Shown here one piece after another: positions 37,107-46,422 of a stretch of DNA of 64,000 nt. A program made the position numbers and the translations under genes. The notes under the pieces were generated by a model, which saw only the letters and a list, made by a program, of their open reading frames with translations, was not told the origin of the DNA and made no database searches. The stretch comes from Acidobacteriota bacterium (lineage in GTDB: Bacteria; Acidobacteriota; UBA6911; RPQK01; JAJDTT01): positions 32,001 through 96,000 of the forward strand of contig CBDCJH010000002.1 of assembly GCA_965217775.1 (NCBI GenBank). The letters run 5' to 3'. The first letter of the stretch is position 1, and each line of letters opens with the position of its first letter.

Positions 37107-37853
37107 ATGAGTGATTCTGTTGCGTTACCATCTGAACTCATCGCGGTTCGCGATGCTTGTGGCCGAATTTTGAAAAAACTCAAGGGCGGAATGGACCCGT
37201 CCGAGAAGCCGGCTGGTCCCTTCGACGACCATGAACCATTCGACATCGTCGATTCCGGCATCCTATCGATCCAATTGACACGCCTCCAAGACGGTGTGTT
37301 TCACTTGGTGAGCGCGATCGAAGAATTGGGCGAAGCAATGGAGATTGGTGAGTACGACAACTCCACCGTGTACAGCATCATGGGTCGAGTTGAAGCGCAC
37401 GTCGAGATTCTGCAGGCGGAATGTGTTGTGGTTGGTGCCTGGCGTGTCAGCGGCGAGGATTTGGTCGCCCGGGATCTGATGACCGCCATCTACAGGCATA
37501 CGCTGAACGAAATCCGGCTGTGGTTGGAAGAGGTGGTCGCAGGGCTGACTGATCCAATCTCCGAACTGGAAAAACGGGGTATTGGACTGGCTGAGCAGGT
37601 GGAGACCCTGAAGTGGGTGACTGAGCCAGCCCCGACGTCCGTGCAGATCCCATTCACCCTTGAGTTAACTGGCGCACCGGAGCTTTCCGATCTAACGGCA
37701 TGGATGGAACGCCGAGCCCGGCGGAAGGTGGCCCAGCTTGAACGGCAGGAGGGGGAACAGATCCGGCGTGAGCGCGACTCCGTTAGAGATTGGAGTTTTT
37801 TGTTTGGAGCCTTGTTCGGTTGGTGGCTCGGCGGCGGGGGCGACGACGAGTGA
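37107..37853 (+). CDS. Hypothetical helical protein with C-terminal hydrophobic segment
   Basis: GGAGG RBS, ATG 37107; ends WSFLFGALFGWWLGGGGDDE. Confidence 0.7.
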   Translation: MSDSVALPSELIAVRDACGRILKKLKGGMDPSEKPAGPFDDHEPFDIVDSGILSIQLTRLQDGVFHLVSAIEELGEAMEIGEYDNSTVYSIMGRVEAHVEILQAECVVVGAWRVSGEDLVARDLMTAIYRHTLNEIRLWLEEVVAGLTDPISELEKRGIGLAEQVETLKWVTEPAPTSVQIPFTLELTGAPELSDLTAWMERRARRKVAQLERQEGEQIRRERDSVRDWSFLFGALFGWWLGGGGDDE

Positions 37854-37907
37854 GATCTTGACGACCCGCCCAGGTCCGGTCCCTGCGAGATCTCCCGCCA
37901 CTGCCCC

Positions 37908-40589
37908 TCACGCCCGCTTGAGATCACGGATAATGCGGTCACAGTTGAGCACCTTCTCCGCCAGATCCAGCGGGCGATAGTAGTAGTGGTTGGACGCCTC
38001 GTATCCGATTCTGGAGTCGCGCCGAGCAATCGGGTAGAGCCGTCGGGCCAGATCGATCTCATCCCGGGCGAGCGCCATCATCTCCGCCCGGATCTTGCGG
38101 AGGTCGCCGGTCCCAGACTCCAACTGCTGCCGGAGCATGTAGAATTCCACCTGATTCGCAACGCTGCGGAAGTGGATGAAGCAGGTCTCACTCACCCCCA
38201 GGTCTTTCCTCGCCTCCGTCTGTAGATGCTCCGGAACTTGCTTCAGGGCTCTCCGTAGGGCGCCGAGTCCCTTTTCCCATTTCTCCGACATCGTGTGGAA
38301 CTGTTTCTGCACCACCTCTTCCGGGTAGGCGCCGCGCCAGCCCGGCACGTCGTCATGGGGGAACAGAATCATGCGGGATCGTTGACCCGTGGGATTCGAA
38401 CGCAACAGATTGGCGGGTCCGTGCTGGACCGGGATCATGTAGATGCTGATCCCGTACGGAAACTCTTCGAAGGCGTCACTGAAGGCCTTCCATGCCGCCT
38501 TGACCAGTGGCGCGGACTTCGGACCGTAACGGCGCTCCGCCACCAGAGTCAGGACCTCGTCGGGATCCGGCGTCGGCCAGCGGCAATATTCCCGAGCGAC
38601 CTCCAGATTGGGCGAAGGGTACCCCCCCACTGTCCAAGAGAGCATCAGCCCTTCGATTCCGACTCTCAGAAGGTTCTCGAGATGCCGCTGAGTCAGGTTC
38701 AGGACCGGTATGTAGGGGACGGACGACATCTCCCAACTGTTGTTGATCTGGATCTTGGCCAGGGCGCTGATTCCCCTCTGGCGCGCGGCCGTCCAGTGCC
38801 GCACCGCCCTCGGTCCCGGACCGACCACGGAGACGGAGTACTCGCCGACCTGGGTGCGGACGCCGCCGCGGTGGACCGGTTGTTCCCACTCGCTGATGCT
38901 GAGCAGACGGACGTCTTGCGGAAGGCTGCGAATGGTGGCAAACGGGTCATTGCCGTTCGGCACCCAGGAGTGCCCCCAGCCCCAGTCCCAGAAGATGATC
39001 TCGGCCTTTCGGCTGCTGCTGCGGATGCCGTCGCGGATGGCCTTCAGGACCGCCCCCACCGTCTTCGAGGGGTCGATCCCGGGGCAACGGGGGCAGTTCT
39101 CGGGACGTCCCCGGGAGAAGCAGTTGGTGAGGTTCTCCGACATGGTGATGTTGACGATCCCTCCCAGGTCGGGAACCTGGGCGAAGACGTGGCTCAGACC
39201 TTCCGAGACCCACTGGAGGACCGGCTCCGTGTTGGTGCACATGGCGTAGTAGCGGGGATCGGCGACGTCGTAGGTGCCCTTGATCTCGGAACGGCCGCGA
39301 AAGAAGGATTCGGGCATGGCCCTGGGTTCGTTGATGTAGAGCAGGACCTTCATGCCGTACTCGGCGCACCGGTCCACCAGCCGGTTGAGCCGTTCGAGGC
39401 GCGTCTGCCAACCCTCGCCGAATTCGGGAAAGATGCGGGAAGGGGAGAGCTGTCTCAGGACGCCCTGCAGCCAGACTCCATTGACTCCCAGGCGCGCCAA
39501 TTTCTCCAGGTACGCCGGAGGAAACGGATCGATGTCCTCCTCCATCAGGGGATCTCCGTAGAGGGCGACGTAGGAGTACAGGTAGGATGTATCCAGTCGC
39601 CGGGCTCTTCGGATCGTCCCCTTGGGCAGGAAGGGACCGTGCCGCTGCTCCATCCGCAATTGCATCTCGTAGACGGCTTGGCGAATTCCCCCCGGATCGG
39701 ACGCCAGAACCGTCACCGAATCGGAGTCGATCCGGATCTCGAAACTGTCCGGAATCGACGCGATGTCCGGATCCAAGTGGAAACGGAGCGTTCCCCCATT
39801 CGACGCCCCGCCGTCGCCGACAGCCTGGGTGGGACAGTGCATGGTGTGCCTCAGGTAGGACCGAAACCTCTCAGCTACCCTCTTCAGCCTGGCTTGATCC
39901 GGTATCCGGACCCCCCAACCTGAGAGATCGACCTCCTCCCGAAACGCTTGTGCCCGCGGGTCCCGATGCGCCGGGATCTTGCTTCGGCTCAGATCGTGAA
40001 CGAAACGAAACGGCTCCTCCCCGCTTTCGTGCAGAGCCTTCCCAAAGGTCGTTGCCACCAGCCGCCGGATCTCCGCAGTCCTGCGCCTCTCCTCCGGCGT
40101 CGGAGTCGCCCAACGGATCGGCTCACACTTAGGTTTGGGTCCGAGCTTGTAGAACAGGAAATCGTCTTCCCGGAGAGTGAATTCGTAGTGCTCCCGATCC
40201 CAGCCGAGAAGGGAGATCAGTTGCTCTTCGGGCAATACGTGCCAGTTCTGGCGGATCACGGAAATGTAGATACGGCGGAGCTGTTCGGCGGTCAGGGTCG
40301 GCTTATGGGGAAGGCCAATCGACTCTCCCAATTGAATGATCTGATCGGCCGTGGACCCGACGACCCGGCCCATGCGGACGGCGTTGGCCAATTCCCAGTT
40401 TCTCCAGACGAACAGATAGAGCCGACTGGGGAAATGAGGCTCGGCGATGGGAGCGGAGAAGTCCCCGTAGTGAGCCTCGATGGGACCCTGAGGCCGAGCC
40501 AGACCGGTCAGAACCGCCGGAGTCGCGACGGCGCCGGCCAGAAACTCTCTTCGGTTGGGAGACATTCTTCGGGTGAATCGCTGCGACAT
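37908..40589 (-). CDS. Tat-exported putative glycoside hydrolase-like protein (GH20-type domain 2 + TIM barrel)
   Basis: NRREFL Tat motif; DSFEIRIDSDSVTVLASDPGGIRQAVY; LARLGVNGVWL. Confidence 0.7.
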   Translation of the reverse strand: MSQRFTRRMSPNRREFLAGAVATPAVLTGLARPQGPIEAHYGDFSAPIAEPHFPSRLYLFVWRNWELANAVRMGRVVGSTADQIIQLGESIGLPHKPTLTAEQLRRIYISVIRQNWHVLPEEQLISLLGWDREHYEFTLREDDFLFYKLGPKPKCEPIRWATPTPEERRRTAEIRRLVATTFGKALHESGEEPFRFVHDLSRSKIPAHRDPRAQAFREEVDLSGWGVRIPDQARLKRVAERFRSYLRHTMHCPTQAVGDGGASNGGTLRFHLDPDIASIPDSFEIRIDSDSVTVLASDPGGIRQAVYEMQLRMEQRHGPFLPKGTIRRARRLDTSYLYSYVALYGDPLMEEDIDPFPPAYLEKLARLGVNGVWLQGVLRQLSPSRIFPEFGEGWQTRLERLNRLVDRCAEYGMKVLLYINEPRAMPESFFRGRSEIKGTYDVADPRYYAMCTNTEPVLQWVSEGLSHVFAQVPDLGGIVNITMSENLTNCFSRGRPENCPRCPGIDPSKTVGAVLKAIRDGIRSSSRKAEIIFWDWGWGHSWVPNGNDPFATIRSLPQDVRLLSISEWEQPVHRGGVRTQVGEYSVSVVGPGPRAVRHWTAARQRGISALAKIQINNSWEMSSVPYIPVLNLTQRHLENLLRVGIEGLMLSWTVGGYPSPNLEVAREYCRWPTPDPDEVLTLVAERRYGPKSAPLVKAAWKAFSDAFEEFPYGISIYMIPVQHGPANLLRSNPTGQRSRMILFPHDDVPGWRGAYPEEVVQKQFHTMSEKWEKGLGALRRALKQVPEHLQTEARKDLGVSETCFIHFRSVANQVEFYMLRQQLESGTGDLRKIRAEMMALARDEIDLARRLYPIARRDSRIGYEASNHYYYRPLDLAEKVLNCDRIIRDLKRA

Positions 40590-40826
40590 GAACCTGCCTC
40601 GAAAGAACTGAAGGAGAGTGCGATTCCTTGACCTGAATTATTGCATTTTGGGACAATTCGATCACTCAACCAGCGCATTGACTTCACCTTCCAACCGGAG
40701 CCAGGCACTCGAGGAAATGGACGACACCGGGCTCTCGATTCAAAACGGAAGCCAGGGTCCGGCTCGCGCTCTGAGGGTTTGCTTCAGAGCCGGGCCCATG
40801 GCCGAAAAGCGGAAAGGGACGAGACC

Positions 40827-42452
40827 ATGAAGAGCAGACGGAAGTTCCTGACGGAAACAGCAGCGTTCACCACTCTGGGGACGCTCGCATGCGGCGTGTC
40901 TCCTGAGCATTCGGGCGAAGCCGTGCGGCACCGGTCCGAGACTCCTTCTTGGCCCACACCTTTGCTGATGCCCGACGACTTCAGCGAGCTGCACCTGACC
41001 GCCTGGCGTGTGGAGCCCGGGATCCCCGATCCGGAGAACCCTCTCCTGGAGGGGGACATGCCGTGGGATGCCGGTGGCATCGGAATCCACAGCTCGGTGT
41101 TCAAGGATCCCAGGAACGGACGATGGAAGGCCTATCTCGTGGCCACTCCTCCGGAGGAGACGGCCCGGGACTGGCGCAGTCCATGGGCTTCCAACAATCA
41201 CTCCAAGCGCCGACTCTGCCTGTTCGAGAGCGATGACGGAGTCCGCTGGTCCCGGCCCCTACTGTCCAACGCTTCGTTCGGCCCACATGAGAAGACCAAC
41301 ATAATCTTCGACCTCGACCAGGGGACGGCCGCCTATTCCTCCGTCATGGTCGATACCGGCGACGCCGACATGCCCTACGAGATGTACGTCCTTCGTTTTG
41401 CTTCCGTCGAGGGAGAAGCACCGGCCGGCACCGGCTATTACCGATACCGTTCCCGCGACGGTTATCGCTGGGAGCTATTTGGTGAACCCATCTACGACCC
41501 AATGAGCGGCGATCTCTGTTTCTTCTATCGCTACGGTCCGGGAGAGCATGTCGCCTATTACCGGCTGGGTGGCAAGAAGCAACCGGGCGACCATGTCCCG
41601 ATCTACGAGGATGCGCCCCGCCGCACCGTCTATCGGGCGACGAGCGAAGACGGGGACGTGTGGACGCGGGACGAGTCCATGATCTTGACCGTGGACGAGC
41701 GCGACCACCGGGACACTCAATACCAGGAGCTGGTGCCGCACCGGGTCCCCGGCGGATACCTGGGGATGGTGACCATGTACCGCCCCCTCACCCAGACCCT
41801 GAACCTGCGCCTGGCGGCATCACGGGACGGTAGCCGCTGGTGGTATCCGGACCGCCGGCCCTGTCTGGACAACGCTCCCTTGGGCGACTATGGGGGCGGG
41901 ATGATCTGGCAGAGCCAGTACCTGGTCGAGGAGGACAGCCGAATTCACCTCTACTATGGGGGAACCGAAGGCCCGCACCGGCAGATCTTCGACACCCGCG
42001 CTCCCAGCCAGCAGGTCGGTTACCTGGAGAGCGCCATCGATCACGGCGCTCATTTTCTGCCCTTCAATTCCGCCCTCTGCCGCGCCTCCTGGCAGTTGGG
42101 GCGAATGTACGCACTGATCCCCGCCGCCGGCGGCCCGACACTCGGCATGGCGGTGACCCGGGCGCAAGATCTGGCCAATCGGTCGTTGCGGGTCAATCTC
42201 GTCACTCGGCCGGCCAAGAAATCGACACGACCGGACTTGGATGCCGGCTATCTGCAGGTGGAGCTTCTGGACTCGGAAAATCGGCCGCTGGACGGCTTTG
42301 CCAGGAAAGACTGCAGCCCCCTGAAGGGCAACTATACGGGTTTGCGCGTGAGCTGGAGTGGGGGCGAACGCGCGCCGGAAGGAGCCCGCAAGGCCAAGTT
42401 CTATCTGAAGCGGGCGTTTCTGTACGGTTTCGGGTTTCAGATCAGCTCGTGA
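40827..42452 (+). CDS. Tat lipoprotein, five-bladed beta-propeller glycosidase-like (GH43/32 clan)
   Basis: MKSRRKFL...LACG; ENPLL, ESDDGVRW / SRDGYRW / SEDGDVW / SRDGSRW Asp-box-like repeats. Confidence 0.7.
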   Translation: MKSRRKFLTETAAFTTLGTLACGVSPEHSGEAVRHRSETPSWPTPLLMPDDFSELHLTAWRVEPGIPDPENPLLEGDMPWDAGGIGIHSSVFKDPRNGRWKAYLVATPPEETARDWRSPWASNNHSKRRLCLFESDDGVRWSRPLLSNASFGPHEKTNIIFDLDQGTAAYSSVMVDTGDADMPYEMYVLRFASVEGEAPAGTGYYRYRSRDGYRWELFGEPIYDPMSGDLCFFYRYGPGEHVAYYRLGGKKQPGDHVPIYEDAPRRTVYRATSEDGDVWTRDESMILTVDERDHRDTQYQELVPHRVPGGYLGMVTMYRPLTQTLNLRLAASRDGSRWWYPDRRPCLDNAPLGDYGGGMIWQSQYLVEEDSRIHLYYGGTEGPHRQIFDTRAPSQQVGYLESAIDHGAHFLPFNSALCRASWQLGRMYALIPAAGGPTLGMAVTRAQDLANRSLRVNLVTRPAKKSTRPDLDAGYLQVELLDSENRPLDGFARKDCSPLKGNYTGLRVSWSGGERAPEGARKAKFYLKRAFLYGFGFQISS

Positions 42453-43798
42453 ACGGGCTGGCCGGTGGTGTCGTCGATGGAGTTGGCGATCTTGACGGGA
42501 CGGCCGATGGGGCTCATGTACTCCTTGGTCCAATCGATGCCGAACGCCTTGTAGACGGTGGCGTGCACGTCTCCCATGGAGACCATGCGTTCGGCCACGA
42601 AGGCGCCCCGCTCGTCGCTGGCCCCCACCACCTTGCCTCCCTCGACACCGCCTCCTCCCAGGATCATTGACCAGCAATGGGGCCAGTGGTCGCGTCCGCC
42701 CTTGGAGTTGAAGCGGGGAGTGCGTCCGAACTCTCCCATGACCAGGACCAGGGTGGACTCCAGCAGTCCCCGTTCCTCCAGATCGTCCAGCAGCACGGGT
42801 AGGGACTGCTCCAGACCTGGGACCAGCTTGTCCCGGTGGCTCTTGTCGTTGTTGGCATGCGTGTCCCAGCCGTTGAGATCGTGGCCGGCCGCAGTGACGA
42901 AGCGGCTTCCCGTCTCCACCAGCCGGCGCGACAGCAGCAGGCTTTGACCGAAACCGGTGCGGCCGTAGGCGTCGCGAGTCTTCTCGGACTCCTTGGAGAG
43001 GTCGAAGGCCTCCCGAACCTCGGGGGAGAGGACCATGTTCACGGCCTGCTCGGTGAAGCTGTCCATCTTGAACGCTTCGGCCATCTCCATCTTCCGCCGG
43101 TAGGTCTCGTCCATCAGGGCCAGGAGTGAGCGCCGGTCCTCCAACCGTTTCGGCGAAACGGCCTTGGGCAGACTCAGGTCCTGAACCTGGAAGTCGTCGC
43201 TGTTGGGATCGGTGCCCACGACCATGGGATCGTACTTGGCGTCCAGGAACGCTCCCTTCAGGTAGTTTCCCTTGGCCCCCTCCTTGTAACCGGGGACCGC
43301 AACATGTGCCGGAACATGGTTTCTGGGGCCCCGTTCCCGGGTCACGATGGTGCCGAAGGAGGGAAACTGCATGGCCGCCGTGGGCCGGTGTCCGGTGAGG
43401 GCGTAATAGGTCCCCTGGCCGTGGTTGTTCTCCTCCGTGTGCATCGACCGGATGATGGAGACCTTGTCCATGCGCTTGGCCATGCGGGGAAGGAGGCTGG
43501 AGATCCGGATTCCGGGGACGTTGGTGGAGATGGGCCTGAAGCTGCTGTCGACCTTGGGGTCCCACATGTCGATGTGGCTCGGCCCCCCGTCCAGCCAGAC
43601 CAGGATGCACGACTTGGCCGTGGCGTTGGCTTCCACGTCGATGCCGGCTTCCGCGAAGACGCTCTTGGCTTGGAGATACCGGCTGAGGCTGATGCCGAAC
43701 AGGCTGAGAGCCCCGGTCCGGATGAACTCGCGGCGCTTCAGCAGCGACTCGGTACAGGTCAGACAACCGATCTTGTCGCCGGGTTTGGGTACGCTCAT
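42437..43798 (-). CDS. DUF1501 domain protein
   Basis: RREF Tat motif, GGPSHIDMWDPK, WDTH, MGEFGRTP, GRDHW. Confidence 0.92.
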   Translation of the reverse strand: MSVPKPGDKIGCLTCTESLLKRREFIRTGALSLFGISLSRYLQAKSVFAEAGIDVEANATAKSCILVWLDGGPSHIDMWDPKVDSSFRPISTNVPGIRISSLLPRMAKRMDKVSIIRSMHTEENNHGQGTYYALTGHRPTAAMQFPSFGTIVTRERGPRNHVPAHVAVPGYKEGAKGNYLKGAFLDAKYDPMVVGTDPNSDDFQVQDLSLPKAVSPKRLEDRRSLLALMDETYRRKMEMAEAFKMDSFTEQAVNMVLSPEVREAFDLSKESEKTRDAYGRTGFGQSLLLSRRLVETGSRFVTAAGHDLNGWDTHANNDKSHRDKLVPGLEQSLPVLLDDLEERGLLESTLVLVMGEFGRTPRFNSKGGRDHWPHCWSMILGGGGVEGGKVVGASDERGAFVAERMVSMGDVHATVYKAFGIDWTKEYMSPIGRPVKIANSIDDTTGQPVHELI

Positions 43799-43860
43799 GA
43801 GCGGATTTCCTTCTCGGATCTCGTGTCCATCCTATACCAGGTATCCCCGTCCTTCGACCA

Positions 43861-46422
43861 TCAATTCGAAGCAAACTCCCGGGATGTGATCATGGCCCAC
43901 ATGATGTCCTTCAAAGCCTCCTCGCGCGAATCGCTTGCTGCGACCACCTGCTCCAGCCGGGACTGCTCCCTGTCGGTGGGCAACCGGCTCAGCGCCCTCA
44001 GGTACAGCTCTTCGATTATCTCTCTGTCCGATTTGCCGGACTTCAGGAGTCGGTGAAGCCGGTTGCCGGGATCGCCGATCTTCTCCTGATACGTGGAGCC
44101 GACCATGATGTGGAGCGCCTTCTTCAGGCTGGCGTCGTTCTTGCGCTCGGGGATGCTGGCTCGGTTGGGACGATCGTGGATGTCCAGGAACTTGGACGCG
44201 TAGAGGTCCGGGACCCGGAGGTGAATGGCGCGGGTCCCCGCGGGCGCGGTGCCCATCCAGTTGTTCTTGAAGGTCTCGGGGACTCCCGTAACGTTGGAGA
44301 TGGCGTCCAGGAGAATCTCCGCGTCCAGATCCCGGCGCACCCGGTGGGAATAGTTGGCTATGTCGTTCCGGTTGGCGGCGTTGGGAATGGCCGAGAGCTG
44401 ATAGGTGCGCGACTTGGCGATGAGCCGCAGGAGACGCTTGAGATCGTAGCCGTTTACGGCAAAATCGCGGGCCAGTTCGTCCAGCAGCTCGGGATGAGTC
44501 GGAGGGTTGGTGGAGCGGAAGTCGTCCACCGGGTCCACGATTCCGCGTCCGAACATGTGTCCCCACATCCGGTTCACGATGGTCCGGGAGAAATTGGGCT
44601 GGGCGATGATCCAGTCCGCCAGAGCCATTCGGGGATCGAATGACTTCTCCTCGGGCAGCGGTCTTCCGTCAGGAAACACCGGGGACACTTCCTCGCCGGT
44701 CCGGGGATGGAGCACCTTGACCGTGTCCTCCGACTCCTCGTAATCGGGGACGCGGCCCGCCGGATCTTCGAAGACCACGATGGCGCCTTCGGAGGTCCAC
44801 TCGGTCCGGCTGAGCCGACCGAAGAAGGCCGCCAGACCCCAGAACTGGTCCTGGGACCACTCTTCGAAGGGGTGATGGTGGCACTGGGCGCAGTCGAGCC
44901 GGTATCCCAGGAAGACCCGCATCTCCTCGGGCATGACGTCCTGGGGTATGGATGCCTCTCCGTTCTGCAGGAAGTGCCGGGAGGGTCCGTCGTTTCCCTG
45001 TGCCGAAATCCGCTCTAGGGCCATCTGATCGTAGGGCTTGTTCTCGGTCAGGCTGTTGCGGATCCAGGCCCAATAGACCAGAGAATGGGCTGGCGTTCCG
45101 GTGGAGGAGTAGGAGACCCGGAAGAGATCGCTGAAGCGGAAGGTCCAATAGTCGATGTACTCGGGCGTCTCCAGCAAGGTGTCGATGAGATGGTCCCGTT
45201 TTGCAGGATCGGTGCTGCTCAGGAACTCGCGGGCCCGATTCGGCGGCGGGAGCGTACCGGTCAGGTCCAGACAGACCCGCCTCAGGAATTCTTCGTCCGA
45301 AGAGAGGCTCGAAGGGGCGATCCGTAGTTTTCGCAGCTTGCCGAAGACGTGCCGGTCGATGAGGTTGTACTGTGTCACCTCAGGGACGGCAGATACAATG
45401 TCGGCAATGACGCCGATCCTGGAGTTGGCCACGCGGCCCGGTGCCCGCACCAGCAGGGCCGTCTCTCCTGTGTCGAAGGCCTCCACGCGGCCGGTGGCTG
45501 AGATCCGAACCAGTCCGGGGTTGACGGTCTCATAGCGCACCCGGTCCGTCAGATCCTCGGTCTTTCCATTGCCCAGATGTCCGGTGACCAGCAACTGCCG
45601 GTGCTGGCCCTTTTCCAAGACCAGGTAAGAGGGAAAGATCTCGATTTTTTGGATCCGCAACTGCTCCTCATCCCGCACCGGAGCGCCATCTCGGACCCAG
45701 TCGCGAATCGCCGCGTAGTCGTCGGAATCCGGCGCGAAGCGGCTGCCTCCACCGTGGGGGATCTGAAACGTCGGCTTCTGAAGCAGCAGGCTCTTCTCCG
45801 GATTCTTCGAATCCACTCGAGGCCGGATCGGTTCCGCGCTCTCGGGCGACAGGACCTGATAGGTGCCACCCTCCACGATCCAGCGGTGGTCTTCCTGGGG
45901 GTGCCGGGCGTCCAGTGAGAGCTTGAAGCCGCCGCGGCCCTTGACCCCACCGTGACAGGCGGAATCGTTGCAGCCGCGCCGCGTCAGTATGCCTCCGATC
46001 TCCCTGGAGAAGCTGAAAAGCCTCGGTGTTCGGCTCTCGCGCACCTGGACCGAAGCCTGGGAAACCTGACCCTGGAATTCGGCCTGAATGGTCGTTTCGC
46101 CGTCGTTGCGGGCAACGAGCTTGCCGTCGGCCGGAAAATCGGCCACTTCATGGTCGATTACCTCGAGGCGGCTGTCGGCGGTCACGTCCCGCTCCATTCC
46201 GTCCGCAAAAGTCGCCACTACAACCAGCCGCTGAGAGGCATCGACGCCCCACATTCGGATCTCCTGGGGTAGGAGGCGCAACGACAGAGCCTGGGGTGGA
46301 TGGGAGGGCGAGGGAGCCGGCGTTCCCGAAAACAGCAGCGAGCCGCTCAGAGCCAGGACGGCAGCCAACGATATCCGGGCTGGAGTCCGGCTCCAGGTTT
46401 TCCGCGCGGTAGCCGCTGTCAT
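43861..46422 (-). CDS. DUF1549/DUF1553 (PSCyt2/PSD1) protein with Ig-like domains
   Basis: GCNDSACHG, DEEFLRRVCLDLTGTLP, CAQCHHHP, NRMWGHMFGRGIVDPVDD, NPPTHPELLD. Confidence 0.92.
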   Translation of the reverse strand: MTAATARKTWSRTPARISLAAVLALSGSLLFSGTPAPSPSHPPQALSLRLLPQEIRMWGVDASQRLVVVATFADGMERDVTADSRLEVIDHEVADFPADGKLVARNDGETTIQAEFQGQVSQASVQVRESRTPRLFSFSREIGGILTRRGCNDSACHGGVKGRGGFKLSLDARHPQEDHRWIVEGGTYQVLSPESAEPIRPRVDSKNPEKSLLLQKPTFQIPHGGGSRFAPDSDDYAAIRDWVRDGAPVRDEEQLRIQKIEIFPSYLVLEKGQHRQLLVTGHLGNGKTEDLTDRVRYETVNPGLVRISATGRVEAFDTGETALLVRAPGRVANSRIGVIADIVSAVPEVTQYNLIDRHVFGKLRKLRIAPSSLSSDEEFLRRVCLDLTGTLPPPNRAREFLSSTDPAKRDHLIDTLLETPEYIDYWTFRFSDLFRVSYSSTGTPAHSLVYWAWIRNSLTENKPYDQMALERISAQGNDGPSRHFLQNGEASIPQDVMPEEMRVFLGYRLDCAQCHHHPFEEWSQDQFWGLAAFFGRLSRTEWTSEGAIVVFEDPAGRVPDYEESEDTVKVLHPRTGEEVSPVFPDGRPLPEEKSFDPRMALADWIIAQPNFSRTIVNRMWGHMFGRGIVDPVDDFRSTNPPTHPELLDELARDFAVNGYDLKRLLRLIAKSRTYQLSAIPNAANRNDIANYSHRVRRDLDAEILLDAISNVTGVPETFKNNWMGTAPAGTRAIHLRVPDLYASKFLDIHDRPNRASIPERKNDASLKKALHIMVGSTYQEKIGDPGNRLHRLLKSGKSDREIIEELYLRALSRLPTDREQSRLEQVVAASDSREEALKDIMWAMITSREFASN